Both the position numbers and the translations under genes were made by a program. Under the pieces are notes generated by a model. That model was not told where the DNA came from and did not search any database. It was given only the letters and a program-made list of their open reading frames with translations. A DNA stretch of 61,664 nucleotides, filler included. It is 9 parts of 9 records of this genome, joined end to end, with 100 filler letters (N's around TTAATTAATTAA, not from the genome) between each part and the next. Parts side by side here need not be neighbours in the genome. Positions count along the whole stretch, not along the records: positions 42,082 to 49,564 come from SRR31147125_280812; positions 49,665 to 56,365 come from SRR31147125_282296; positions 56,466 to 61,664 come from SRR31147125_282734; 6 more parts are not named here. One strand, written 5' to 3'. Positions 44,594-56,645 of the stretch are shown in pieces; the first letter of the stretch is position 1, and every line of letters starts with the position of its first letter.

Positions 44594-45187
44594 ATGAGCC
44601 ACCACCCCACCGCTGCCGGCAAGAGCAGCTACGATCTGATCGACACGGATCTGTTTTGGGAGACGTTGTCCATAGCGTCCGGCATGACCGTTGTCGACCT
44701 GGCGTGCGGCGCCGGCCGCTACACCCTGCCGTTGGCCGAAAAAGTGGGGCCTTCAGGCCGCATCATCGCCGTCGATCTCTGGCCGGAGGGAATCGAACAG
44801 TTAAGTGCGAGTGCCCAGGCGGCCGGCCTTCAACAGATCGAAACCCATGTCGCGGATGCCGGCAAATCGCTGCCCATCGATTCGGGCACTGTGGATCTCT
44901 GTCTGCTGGCCACCGTGCTGCATGACTTTGCGGCAGACGGCATCGATCGTACGGCCTTGAAAGAGGTTGCCCGCGTCCTCGCACCGGACGGCATCCTGGC
45001 GGTGGTGGAGTTCAACAAGCAGGACGGCCCGCCGGGACCGCCCAAGGCAGTGCGCCTCTCCCTGCAAGATGTGACGATTCGGCTATTGCCGTTCGGCCTG
45101 ATCCGTTTCGGTGGTGTGGTCGAACTGGGCCGACACGCCTATTTCTGCCAATTCAGAAGACTTCAGCAAACCGGTCTGGCGAAGTAA
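44594..45187 (+). CDS. Class I SAM-dependent methyltransferase
   Basis: VVDLACGAG, AVD, VLHD, ARVLAPDG, GPPGPP. Confidence 0.88.
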   Translation: MSHHPTAAGKSSYDLIDTDLFWETLSIASGMTVVDLACGAGRYTLPLAEKVGPSGRIIAVDLWPEGIEQLSASAQAAGLQQIETHVADAGKSLPIDSGTVDLCLLATVLHDFAADGIDRTALKEVARVLAPDGILAVVEFNKQDGPPGPPKAVRLSLQDVTIRLLPFGLIRFGGVVELGRHAYFCQFRRLQQTGLAK

Positions 45188-45216
45188 AGGTGAACGGCAC
45201 CTGCGCGACATCCCTG

Positions 45217-46523
45217 TCAGGCACCCACTTTGGCCGCTTTGACCGGCAGGATCGAAAACAGCGAAAGGGCCAAGGAGATGAAGACGGCAACGAGTACTTT
45301 GTAGTAAGCGTCCACCGGATAGCCCTCTCCTGCCCGTCCTACAGTGTCCATCAGGTAGCCGGAAAAGGGTTGAAAGAGCGCCGTGGCCAGAAAAGCCGCC
45401 GGGTTCATCAACCCCATGGCCGTACCGGTCAGCCAGGTAGGAAAAAGCTCCTTGTTCATGGTCATGTAGAGCGATAGAGAACCGCCGCCGCATAAGCCGA
45501 TGATCAGAAAGAGTGGCGCAATGAGTATGGAGGGGGACAGCCTTTGGTCGGCAAAAACACTCCCCAGCAGGCCAGACATATGGCCAAGGCCGTAACGAGA
45601 ATCGGTTTGCGCCCTACGGGGAGTCGGTCCGCCAGCAGACCGAAAAGCGGAGAGCCAATAACAAACCCGACGGGCAGCATCATGAGCAGCCCCCCGGCCT
45701 GTACTCTACTGAAGCCATGCACATCGATCAGGTAGGGAACGGTCCAGAGCCCCTGAAACGCCAATGTCGGCCCGCCGAAAAAGAAATAGGAGCCGGTGAC
45801 CATCCAGAAATTGGGCTTTCCGAAGACGATGGCGATGCGTTTACCGGTGGTCATCCCCGGCGGCGTGTCATCGCTTTGGGTAATGGCCGCGGTATGATCC
45901 TCCACCACCGGCGGCCACCCCTTGTCTTCCGGCTTGTCCCGCAAAATAGTCCAGCAGGCCAACGCCATGAGGAGCGAGACGCCGCCAATAGCCACAAAGG
46001 ACATACGCCATCCCATATAAAGAACCAGATAGGTCAATGGCAGCGAAGCTGCCAGATTACCGGCATTTCCGGTCGCCAGAAAAATCCCGGTTATCCCGGC
46101 GAACTCTTTGGCCCGATACCACTTGGAGAACACCTTGAGGGCGGGAACGAACACCCCTCCCACACCGATGCCGATCATGCCGCGCCCCACCGTCGCCACC
46201 GTCATGTTGGGCGCCAGACCGAAGGTGACAGCACCCAGACAGGCGATCACCGTAAAGATCGTGGTGACCATTCTCGGCCCCCACGTGTCGGAAAGCAGCC
46301 CAACCGGCGGCTGTACGGCCGCATAGAGATAGAAATAGGCTGAGGACATGAACCCGAGGGTAGTGGCATCGGCGCCGAAGTCACGCACCAGATCTTGTGC
46401 GATTACGGTGGGGGAGATGCGGTGCAGGCAGGCCAGAAAATAGATGATGCTCAAGACCAGAAAGATATACCAGCGATATCCGTGAGAAGTTCTCCAATCA
46501 AACCAGCTATGGTCCTTTTTCAC
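45217..46523 (-). CDS. MFS transporter (frameshift near 45545)
   Basis: GLLSDTWGPR, GLLADRLPVGRK; last TMs lie in ORF 45217..45579. Confidence 0.88.
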
Positions 46524-46818
46524 CCAGTGCTGCTCCTTTCTCTTTTTGCCAAGTTGTGGAGAGATAGGTTGTCCCGCGATCCACTCTAAAGGGCTAAAAA
46601 TTAGCCCACTCCGAACAAAGGACCACTTTACCGAACAATGCGAAGCGACAACAACCCTTTTTTACAATTTCATCCTACCGGTGTTTCTGCTACAATACGA
46701 ATCTTTTGCGCTTCTCCGGACAGAAAATCTATACAGGAACAGACGCTGTTGCCGTTATATCCGGCTATTATAACAACAGTGTAACAACCGCGCTGCAGGG
46801 GCGAGAAGGGAGTGGCCC

Positions 46819-47382
46819 ATGGGGTTGAATCTGAAAGACTGTGAACGGCTGCACAACCGTAACATCGACATTACGACCTATGCATACGAGGCCGATGCCA
46901 TCGCCCTCGAGGGGCGCCTTTTCGACAATCGGACCAACGTCTCTTACAACATGTTCGGTGAACCGAGAGAGCCAGGCCCGGTGCACGATTTGGTCGTGCG
47001 TATGATCGTACGGCTGCCGAAACTTGTGATCGAAGACGTGGAGGTGGAGATGGTGACCGTCCCCAACACGGATTGCCCGGAGGTGCTGCAATCGCTCACC
47101 CAGCTGAAAGGAAAGAGAATTTCAGCAGGATTCACCACAAAGGTTCATCAATGGGTGGGTGGCCCCAAAGGGTGTGCTCACCTGGTGTCGCTCTGTCGGG
47201 CCATGGCGTCGGCCGCCATTCAAGGGGCCTACTCATTGGCATCACAACGACCGCCTGCCGAAGGAAACTACGGCAAACGCAGTTTTAAAAGGGTGATCGA
47301 CACATGCCACATCTGGCGTTCTGATGGACCATTGGTGGCGCGCTTGAAAAGTATGATCGAGGCTGAAGACTCCTCCTCATAG
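46819..47382 (+). CDS. DUF2889-like protein
   Basis: LHNRNI, PVHDL, P..DC, GGPKGCAHL, IDTCHIW. Confidence 0.75.
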   Translation: MGLNLKDCERLHNRNIDITTYAYEADAIALEGRLFDNRTNVSYNMFGEPREPGPVHDLVVRMIVRLPKLVIEDVEVEMVTVPNTDCPEVLQSLTQLKGKRISAGFTTKVHQWVGGPKGCAHLVSLCRAMASAAIQGAYSLASQRPPAEGNYGKRSFKRVIDTCHIWRSDGPLVARLKSMIEAEDSSS

Positions 47383-47465
47383 CATTCCATCGGCCTTTAT
47401 CAGCTGCAGAGAGATTCTCAGCGTAAGAGCTGACAGGCCGTATACTATAGAAAAAGAACACTCGA

Positions 47466-48710
47466 ATGGCTCACAAAAAGTTTTTTTATGGATGGTTCAT
47501 CGTCGCGGCCTGCTTCATGCTCTGTTTTCTTTTTGCCGGCGCCGGATTCTATTCGTTCAGCATCTTCATTAAACCGATAGAAGATGAGTTTGGCTGGGCT
47601 CGCTCAGCCATCGCCCTGACCATGTCGATCTACCTTATCGTCGGCGGACTGATGGGGCCTGTATTCGGCAAATTAATCCAGCAGTATGGTCCGAAGAGGG
47701 TAATGAACATCAGCGCTTTTTGCGCCGGTGGCTGTTTCATGCTGGTGAGCCTCACAAACTCGTTATGGTACTTTTACACCATGTACGCCCTGCTGGCCAT
47801 GTCGGTATGCGGTATCGGCGTGATCCCCAGCAGCAGCCTGCTGGCCAACTGGTTCGACAATCGACGCGGAACGGCCATGGGCATCTCCATGGTCGGCATA
47901 TCTGCCGGTGGCCTGCTGCTGGCGCCCTGTGTCGCCATGGTATCGACCGTCTATGGATGGAAAACCGCTTTTCTAGGAATCGGTCTGCTGGTGTGGTGTG
48001 TTGCACTGCCGGTCATCAACCTGGTCATCAAAAACCATCCGTCCGAAATGGGGTTGTGCCCATACGGAATGCAAAAGGGCCACGAAACCAATAGTGCGGC
48101 AAATAGAACCGAGGTGGGTAACGATTACGGCTGGCCATCCAATGTGGTGTTCCGCAGTAAGTCCTTCTGGTGTATCTTCATCTCCTTTTTCCTGGCCCCA
48201 TTCGCCCAGATGGGTGTCCTGCAGCACCAGGTTCCCATGATCATGGATGCCGGAACGACGGAAGCGATGGCAGCTACTGTGCTGGGTGTCACCGCTGGAA
48301 TCGGCGGACTGGGGAAATTGAGCTTTGGCCGCATAACCGAATCGTGGCCGTTTCGCTATGTCGTGCTGCTCTGTTTCGGGCTGCAGGGCCTGGCGGTCGT
48401 CATTTTGCTTTACGCCCACTCCACCCTTATGGTTTGGCTCTATGCGGTCATCTTCGGCTTTTCCATGGGGGGCGTGGTGGTGCTCATGCCGCTGGTGGTC
48501 GGGCACTTCTGGGGATTGATCTCTTATGGGGTGCTATTGGGCGCCATATGGGTCGCCAATTCACTGGGCGGCTCGCTGGGCACGTATATCTCAGGCTTGA
48601 TTTACGACCACTGGGGCAACTACGATTATGCACTCTACCTTTTCGTTACCGCGTACGTTCTCTCCATTGTCACTTTCTTTCTTGCCGGAAAGCCCCAATC
48701 CTACCGTTAG
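47466..48710 (+). CDS. MFS transporter (OFA/MCT-like)
   Basis: FYGWFIV, FGWARS, WFDNRRGTAMG; about 12 TMs. Confidence 0.9.
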   Translation: MAHKKFFYGWFIVAACFMLCFLFAGAGFYSFSIFIKPIEDEFGWARSAIALTMSIYLIVGGLMGPVFGKLIQQYGPKRVMNISAFCAGGCFMLVSLTNSLWYFYTMYALLAMSVCGIGVIPSSSLLANWFDNRRGTAMGISMVGISAGGLLLAPCVAMVSTVYGWKTAFLGIGLLVWCVALPVINLVIKNHPSEMGLCPYGMQKGHETNSAANRTEVGNDYGWPSNVVFRSKSFWCIFISFFLAPFAQMGVLQHQVPMIMDAGTTEAMAATVLGVTAGIGGLGKLSFGRITESWPFRYVVLLCFGLQGLAVVILLYAHSTLMVWLYAVIFGFSMGGVVVLMPLVVGHFWGLISYGVLLGAIWVANSLGGSLGTYISGLIYDHWGNYDYALYLFVTAYVLSIVTFFLAGKPQSYR

Positions 48711-48748
48711 AAGCCTTTTTACTGCACGATAAGGCATCGACATTTCAA

Positions 48749-48916
48749 ATGACGGCATTCACGAAGCTACAGACGCCCGAAATCGCGCGTAAGGCGATTG
48801 GCGATGGAAGTATTCTCTACAATCCGGAAGAGATGGACGAGACGGACTGCCTGCGGATCCTGGATCACGCCTATGAAGGCGCTCCAATGTTTAATTCAAA
48901 AGCGAAGAAGAGGTGA
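48749..48916 (+). pseudogene. Possible C-terminal relic of an iron-containing alcohol dehydrogenase
   Basis: PEIARKAIGDGSILYNPEEMD..LRILDHAY resembles the Fe-ADH terminal 'IA..A..D....NP......L..AY' pattern; no upstream body. Confidence 0.4.
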
Positions 48917-48940
48917 CACACTGAACTTACCGGTGCAGTG

Positions 48941-49318
48941 CTATTGTCCACTCGAATGGGAAGGTGCACCTTCCTCTGCCCTGTCCAGCTTGCGGCCCAC
49001 GATGTAGGCATCCACCGCGCCGAAAAGCCAGGCGCCGATGATCAGTATGAGCGCTAAATTGTATCCAAGTGTACCAGCCTCGGCTACCGCTTGGTTGGTA
49101 CTCGTCACCATCCGGTTGATGTCCATGTTCTCCGCAGCCGGACCGGCCTTTTCGACAATGGCCATTGCGGTCTGCGCCACCTTGATCATCAATAGCACCA
49201 TGCCTGCCGTAACCGCCAACACAAACACGATGCCACGCCGATACTGCTTGAGAACGATCTGCCCCAGACCGGGAAAAACCAGTCCCGACAGAAGGACCCC
49301 TTTCAGTGTTTTGCTCAT
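48941..49318 (-). CDS. Small membrane protein
   Basis: AGGAG RBS; LLSGLVFPGLGQ..W..GAVDAY pattern; 2-3 TMs. Confidence 0.75.
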   Translation of the reverse strand: MSKTLKGVLLSGLVFPGLGQIVLKQYRRGIVFVLAVTAGMVLLMIKVAQTAMAIVEKAGPAAENMDINRMVTSTNQAVAEAGTLGYNLALILIIGAWLFGAVDAYIVGRKLDRAEEGAPSHSSGQ

Positions 49319-49564
49319 GATGAATCTCCTGTGATCAGGGTTGCCGACAAATCGCACTGTTGGGCGAGATATTGGCACCATAGTGATCACAGGTCAAAGG
49401 GAAACAGGTCTATATAGATTCTTTCAATTGCAATTGTTCTGCAGCAATCTTCTATGCTGAGCGATAGGACCTTACAATGTCATTCAGGGCATTGGCCAGC
49501 CCCATGAGCGCCTCGGCGTTACGGTCTACCTGACTGCTGTCGCCGGCCACCTCGCCGGCGGCGG

Positions 49565-49664
49565 NNNNNNNNNNNNNNNNNNNNNNNNNNNNNNNNNNNN
49601 NNNNNNNNTTAATTAATTAANNNNNNNNNNNNNNNNNNNNNNNNNNNNNNNNNNNNNNNNNNNN
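49565..49664. other. Artificial contig linker
   Basis: N44-TTAATTAATTAA-N44. Confidence 0.99.
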
Positions 49665-49868
<204 letters not shown>

Positions 49869-49912
49869 TCATGGCGAAAACCGCGGCCTCAAGGGTAAAG
49901 GCTGCGGCGGTT

Positions 49913-50007
49913 CAACATGTTTCCCTTGTGGGCTGGAATTGGCACCTTGAGAAAACAGGTTGCCGGGCGGTCAGCGGGCCAGGTCCCTCTCGCCACTCTG
50001 CATGATT
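49913..50007 (-). promoter_or_regulatory. SAM-I (S-box) riboswitch
   Basis: Minus strand CATGCAGAGTGGCGAGAGGGACCTGGCCCGCTGACCGCCCGGCAACC..AAGGTGCCAATTCCAGCCCACAAGGGAAACATG matches the SAM-I core; upstream of metY. Confidence 0.92.
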
Positions 50008-50017
50008 GTGTTCGAGA

Positions 50018-50045
50018 AACGTAATCGTAGTCTGCGGATTGTCAA
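50018..50045 (-). promoter_or_regulatory. Sigma70-type promoter for the riboswitch-metY transcript
   Basis: TTGACA-16 nt-TACGTT about 10 nt before P1. Confidence 0.6.
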
Positions 50046-50061
50046 GGGGGGAGCCAACGGA

Positions 50062-50908
50062 TCAACCCGCTTCGAGAAAGTTTTTGACTTCGTGCTGGAC
50101 CCTTTTATACGTGAGCATCAGTTCCTTGATCTGCGCTTTATCGGCAAAGAAGTCGTTGAAAACATCCTGGTATACATGGTAGGCCAGCCGGTCCACACCG
50201 ATTCCCGTATCGACCATCATGGCTACCATATCGGCCAGGTACAGGGTGGTCGTGGCCGGATCGGTTCGCGAGGCCGGATTGGTCAAGTGATGGTTCTCGA
50301 TCATGTAAATCATATGGGGGCTGAAATGCCACTGCTTGGCGATGATGCCACCCAATGCGGTGTGGTCCATTCCCAGAACCTCTTTCTCGGCTTCAACGAA
50401 ACTCAACCCTTTTTCGGCGACCCGTTTCTGAATGGCCCCAAGCTGATCGGCCACGTATTCATGCAGGATGACTTTGCCGATATCCTTGAGCAGCGCGGCG
50501 GTGTATATCGCCGGCAGGCTCATCAGGTCGCGTTGACGGGCGAGGTCCCTGGCGACAACGGCGACAGCCAGGCTTTGGCCCCACAGATCCCCTTTGGCCA
50601 GTCCGTACCCTTTCTGGTCCCGGTTAAGGTTTGATGACAGGTTTTGCGACAGGACCATCTCAACGACGGTTTGCAGGCCCAGCATGGAGACGGCCTGTTG
50701 CACGGAATCAACCTTGACCGGCAATCCCATGTGGGCGGAATTGACGGTTTTCAATAGGTTGGCGGTGATGGCCGGATCGCGTTCGACCACCTCCACCAGA
50801 TCCTTCAAGGATGAGTCGGGATCATCGGCCAAGGCCAGCACCTTGTGAATCACCATGGGAATGGGTTCCAACCGGTTGACTTTTTAATATGGTGGAAAGA
50901 TTGTCCAT
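50062..50908 (-). CDS. HDOD-domain protein (frameshift near the 5' end)
   Basis: DPAITANLLKTVNSA, QAVSMLG, AALLKDIGK, EKEVLGMDH, W.F...I..HH. Confidence 0.88.
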
Positions 50909-51064
50909 TGCTATAGACATCCTTTTAGTTGTTGAAAATCGATAAAGGGGTGAAATCCTCGCGTACTGACCTAAATATCGGTCTTTTTTAGTATCGGCAT
51001 TAGCTAATTTTGCCATAACCTTGGCCAAACCGACCAATTGGATAATCCGAACGGTTAAAATGGT

Positions 51065-54000
51065 TCAGCGGATGGCGGTGGAATGGAGCCGGTTATGAAG
51101 CTGGCGGGCCTGCAGGCAGAAGGCCTCCAGCTTCGCCGTGATGATCTGGGGAAACGGCGAGCCATCGCTCTCGATGGACAGAAACGGCAGGGTGCCCACG
51201 CCGTCGAGAACCGACCGCAAGCGGTGGGCGTCCGGTGCGGTATTGAGCTTGTCGCCGGCCGTCATTACCTCACTCAGAATGGATTCGGCGATGCGATTGG
51301 GCATGCATCCGAAGGGACCGATGGAGATCACCCCGCATGTATTGGAGACGACTTCGTTCAGGGCGCTGCCGATCGTCAAGATGGCTTCGCCGAGGTGGTC
51401 CGGGGCCAGATGGGGGGCGGCATGGTTGATGATGGCCGACAGATCAATACCCGCTGCGTGGATCAGACCCGAGCCGGCCAGCCGTTGTTTCACCCCGATC
51501 TCGGCTTTGCCCATGATGTGCCGCTTGTAGGCCTGACCGATTTTCTTCCGCCAGGTCGAGTGGCCGTTGAGGGAATAGCCCTTTTTTACCAACCAGTCCG
51601 TATAGTGAATCCATTCCGTCACCGGGGCACAGCTGCAGGCAAATCCCATCCGAGCCAGCCGTTCGGTAATGAATTGCCTGGAGATGTCGTCGCGGCGAAC
51701 GAAAATTTCCCCCACCAAGGCGATGATCGGCACCTTCTCCACCGGTTGCTTCAATTCGATTCCTTTGAGCGTTTCGGCCGACCGCTCGAGTTGTTCGTCG
51801 ACGGCTCTGGGCCGTCCGGATCCGATGGCCTGGATCAACTGCTTCCATGTGTCTTCAAAACAATTCAAGGCGCTGCGGACGTCCGACGCATTGGCCAGCA
51901 GCATGCTCCGGATATCCTCCATGGCATCGGCGATGACCAATGACTGCCAGCCGCGATAGTGGATTCGATAGTCCAATCCACGGTACCCGTCTTCCGAATT
52001 GAGTGAAAACAGGCCCACGTCTTCAATTCTCCGCTCACGGATCAGATCTTCCATGAAAACACGGTACTGGCCGAAACGGCAGGGTCCTGCGCCGGTGGCC
52101 ATGAAGTAGACCAGCACATCGCCGGCGGTGCGGTCCGTTTCCAGGTATTCCAACAGGGTCCCGGTGGTCAGGATCAGCGGAAGGCATTCCTTGCAGGCGG
52201 TATTGGCCCGCCCCCGTTTCAAAACGGCTTCGTCGGCTGGCCGGGCCGCAATGCTGCGGATTCCCTGACCGGCAAACACCGCGGCCAATGCTTCGGAGGA
52301 GAGCCGACCCATGGATGGAAACAGCAAGGTCACCCGATCGTCGGACAGGGAGAGCCAACTACCGTCCGAGGTACGGATGCCGAGGGTGTCGCCCGCCGAC
52401 GACACTCGAGCCGGCCTGAACGGTGGACGCTTGCTGGGCTGGCGCTGGGAAGACTGCAGACTGCGCCAGGAGGCAACCACATCAAGGAACGCTTCGATGC
52501 GGGTTTCCAGACCCGCATCGGCCGTGTGGTTGTCCAATTCCAGGGTCAAGGATGGTTTTTGGCCCATGATATGGCGAAAATAATTGACGATAAATGAGTC
52601 CGGTCCACAGGAAAAATTGGTGATGTAGACGCCGAACAGCTGGGGATGGGCGGCCACCAGTCGCGCGGCCTGGATGATGCGCTGGCCCATGGCCCAGTAC
52701 ATATGTTGCTTGGTTGTCCAGGCGCTGGTCGGCAGGCAGTCCAGGGGCAGGGTCAGTATCCCGCGAGACGCCAGCTTGCGGGGTATGCCCATGTGGGCTT
52801 CGCAGGCCCAGGCATTGTAGGCTCGGCCGAATATCACGGCGGCCATCTGTTGGGGACGACCCGCCAGTGCCTGAAGGGCCTGTTGCCCCATGCGGTTGAT
52901 CTCTTCGACGCATTGGTTCTGAGCGGCCACGGCCCGGTCAAAGGCCTCCATTGCCCGGCGGCGGGAAATGCCCATGCGACGGGCGATTTTCACCAAGGGC
53001 GCGCGGGCCGCGGTCAGGCCCTCGGTAAGGTTCAACACCGGTTTCAGGATGTGGTCGGCGGGGATACCGATTCGCTTCAGGTGGCGGCGAAAGGTGGTGG
53101 CCAGAAAATAGGGTTCGGCCTGGACAAACGGACACAGCACGGCATGGTCGTCATGGCTCTGGCTGGGCAAGGCCTTGACGTGTGGTAAAAATAGATAGTC
53201 GGGTAAAGGGTCGCTTTCGATCAGGCGATGGAAAAATCCATGTGACAGTTCGGCCGGGTAGCAGAACGGGGCGCCACGCTCGGCAATGCCCCGCCGCGAG
53301 GGCGTGTCGGCGGTGCGCACATCCATTCCCAGACCATCAAAAAAAGTGGCGTATAGCGGGTAATAGGTGTGAAACAGAAAGCTGCGGTTGATGCCGACCG
53401 TCGGTCGGTGGGCGCCTGTGGTATTTCTGTTGGTGGTCGCAGGCGCACCGCCAAAAATAATATCTTGACGTTTTTTCACCAGATCCAACTCATCGGCATC
53501 CACTTGAATCTTTTTTTGCAAATTGTAATACCGATTGCAGGCACCTCCAAAGGGGATGGTTTTGCCTTCGATGCGAACCATGGCGATCTCGCAACGTCGG
53601 TCACAATCGTTGCCGCCGCCCCGGCAGACGAACCGCTTGCCGTAGGTTGCCTGCCGCCGGTTGAGTGTCCGCAGGTCAAATGCGGCCGGTGCCATCAAAC
53701 CGGCCTGCAGGCGCTTTTCCACTTCCAAGGCCACACCGAAGGCCCCCATCAGCCCCGGTTCGGGGGGGACCACGATGGGCTTGCCCACCAAGGCGGCCAT
53801 GGCCATGGGCACTGCGCGGTTGTAGCAGACACCGCCCTGCATGAAGATACGATGGCCGACCGGCCGGTTCCCCTTCACCCGGTTGGTGTAGTTCATGCAG
53901 ATGGAATAGACCAGTCCGGCCACAATGTCTTCACGACGGATTCCTTCGTGGATGGCGTTTTTGATATCCGAGGAGATGAATGCCGCACACTGGTCGTTGA

Positions 54001-55532
54001 AATTGGGGGCTTTCGCCGGCCAGGGCATAGCCGGCGATTGCCTGCATGTCGATCCCCAGGGTCTCCAGGGCCGATTCCTCCAGAAAACTCCCCGTCCCGG
54101 CAGAACAGGCCTCGTTCATGGCATAATCCGAAGCCACACCGGTGGTGATGTGGGTGTACTTGGCGTCCTGACCACCGATCTCAAACAAGGTGTCCACTTC
54201 CGGGTCAAAATGCACCGCTGCCGTGCAATGGGCGATGATTTCGTTGATCACGCCTTCGGTCTGTGCGTGCAGTCCCGCGATCTGTCGCCCGCTGCCGCAT
54301 ACACCCAACCCGATGATGCGTATGGTTTGCGGCCGAGCGGTTTCTCTGATCTGGTTCCACAGGGCGCCATAGCACTGTCGCGCCGCAGCCACCGGATCAC
54401 CATTGGTTCGCAGGTAGATCGACGCCAGCAGGGCGTGATTCCCCTGACGGAGCACCACCGCCTTGGTGGTGGTGGATCCCACATCGAGTCCCAACAGGCA
54501 GACATCGCCGTCAACGGCAGTGTCACGGGCCAGGGTTTTGAAGGTTACTTGGTGGCGACAATCCACAATCGGAGGAAGACGGTCCAGACTCGCCGCGGTT
54601 TCCAAAAACAGGGGCGCGGTTTCAGAATAGGTTCTTGTGGGGTGATCAAGTGCCCATAACGCGGCACCAAGGGCTTCGAAACAAGGCGCTTCCTGGGGAA
54701 TGATGAGGCGTTTAATGTGTCGGCGCAGGTGGGCGATCATCATTCGGTTGTTGGCGGTGCCACCGACCAGCATGATGTCATGGCGGGGAACGTTTTTAAG
54801 CAGATCCAGTATTTTTTCGGCCATCATGCGGCACAGGCCGGCGGCGACCCGCGCCCGGGAAACGCCCTTGTTGGTGGCGTGGGTGCAGTCGGACTTGCAG
54901 AACACGGAGCAGCGGCCGGATACCGGATAAGGCGTTTCGGTTTCCGACCACCTTGAGGCCTCCCGCAGGCTTACGTTCATGCGTCGCAATTGCTGTAGGA
55001 AGAACTCACCGGTTCCGGAGGCGCATTTGTTGCCCGTCATCACATTGGCGATGTTGCCGGCCGCATCCAGGGCATAGACCATGAATGTCTCTCCGCCGGC
55101 CGATACGATGGCCGGACAGTCGACGTCCGGCGGCTTCAAATAGCGATAGGCATAATCCACTGCTTCGGGCTCTGAAATGGAGGAGAGATTGATTCCTTCG
55201 CGCAGCCGGCGCCCCGTGATTGCCAGCCGGTCGCAGATTGAGGGATCGAAATCGGACAGGACTTTCAGCAGCGTTCGTTTAGGATCGCCCTCGTGGGGAT
55301 AGACGCCCTGCCGGACAATCCGCTTTTCGGGCGGCCCGTGGGCGTCGGAACCTGAGGCTTCCCGCATGAGTAGCGCCGCCGAGATGGTGGAGGCCCCCAG
55401 GCAAATCCCCAGCCCGATGTTTGCCTGATCCTGGCGGCGTCCGCTGGAATCGGTCTCGCCGATATCCTGGGAATCAGGGCTGCCATATGCGGTCAACGGA
55501 TTATACATAACCGTGAACTTGGTTTTTTCCAT
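51065..55532 (-). CDS. Large CoA-substrate-specific enzyme activase (2-hydroxyacyl-CoA dehydratase activator, dual ATPase + DUF2229); frameshift near 54020
   Basis: GNKCASGTG, RCSVFCKSD, GLDVGSTTTK, EIGGQDAK, MNEACSAGTGSF, NFSCGPD, GPFGCMP. Confidence 0.9.
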
Positions 55533-55863
55533 TTATCGATGAACGGGTTGATATCACGTTAAGGGGTGATATCGATTCAGGTAAGGGGTGACTTGTGTCT
55601 GCCCAAGAGGAACCGGAAGGATCCAGGATGCCCATATTAATCCGCCTGACCGCTGGCTGTCAACGATTCGGCGGGGTCCTCCCATGGTTCGCATTTGTTT
55701 TAGCGATTATATCATCAGGAAATCAAAATTGATGCATGTTAATTTGACCACTGCCACCGGCCAAATTGACATTTTAATGGGGCATCTGCCATTTCTCCGA
55801 AGGGGATGAAGAGAACTTGAGCGTCAGTGGCAATTGCGGTGAGCTCTGGGCAGAGCGACTCCT

Positions 55864-56365
55864 TTAAAATCCGGAATTGTCCTTTTCCTCCATCAAGCGT
55901 TCCAACCCGGTGAGGACATGTTTTTTCACGCGTCGGATATGGCGCGAAAGAATGGCTTGGGCGCCGGCCAGGTCACCTTCACAGATGTGGCTGAACAGCT
56001 CCTTGTGGGCCGTGTCGGCCTTGTCCAGAGAGGTGGAGAAAAGTATGTTGCCACCGTATTTGAGGTAGAGCAGGTCAAATAAAATGCGCAGAGTCTGCTG
56101 TTGGACCTGGTTGCCGGAAAGGGAGGCCAGGGTAAGGTGAAACTCCATGTCCTTGACTAATCGGTCGTGGAGGTAAATTTCGCGGGAGGCTTTCAGGTGT
56201 GCCCCCAATGCCGATTCCAGTTTCTTCAACCCTGCCTTGTCCAGGCGGACAATGGTGCGCGACAGCAGGGCCAGTTCGATCTGTTCCCGAAAATCGTAAA
56301 TCTCCTCTACTTCCTGAATGCTGACCGGTTCGGTATAGTACCCGCGATGGCGTTCGTGGCGGACT
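55864..56365 (-). CDS. GntR-family regulator (FCD domain), 5' truncated
   Basis: NRGYY..EVEEIYDFREQIE..DMEFHLTLASLSGN..HI; continues to the contig edge. Confidence 0.85.
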
Positions 56366-56465
56366 NNNNNNNNNNNNNNNNNNNNNNNNNNNNNNNNNNN
56401 NNNNNNNNNTTAATTAATTAANNNNNNNNNNNNNNNNNNNNNNNNNNNNNNNNNNNNNNNNNNNN
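56366..56465. other. Artificial contig linker
   Basis: N44-TTAATTAATTAA-N44. Confidence 0.99.
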
Positions 56466-56490
56466 CAAATTGGCCATTTCCGGATGCACA

Positions 56491-56559
56491 CTAGAGTAGA
56501 TAACCGGCGGCTCCTATGGCAAGCCACCCCAGTGGGGTGAAGGCACAAGATAGATACAT
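56491..56559 (-). CDS. 22-aa hydrophobic peptide, paralogue of 58534..58665 (possibly truncated by TAG)
   Basis: AAGGAGGT RBS; MYLSCAFTPLGWLAIGAAGYLL*. Confidence 0.5.
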   Translation of the reverse strand: MYLSCAFTPLGWLAIGAAGYLL

Positions 56560-56589
56560 CGGACCACCTCCTTTCGCAGTAGCAAGGGG

Positions 56590-56627
56590 TTGGCGGTTAG
56601 CTTTTTTATGAGGGGGCTAACCGCTAA
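56590..56627. repeat. GTTAGC/GCTAAC hairpin, copy 1
   Basis: TTGGCGGTTAGC ... GCTAACCGCTAA, just 3' of the YaaW-like gene. Confidence 0.7.
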
Positions 56628-56645
56628 AAGCGAACGGCACATAGC

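Noticed and set aside
55610-55690. GC-rich foldable segment upstream of the CoA-activase as a riboswitch
   Set aside because: Some pairing is possible, but it matches no aptamer consensus I recognise.
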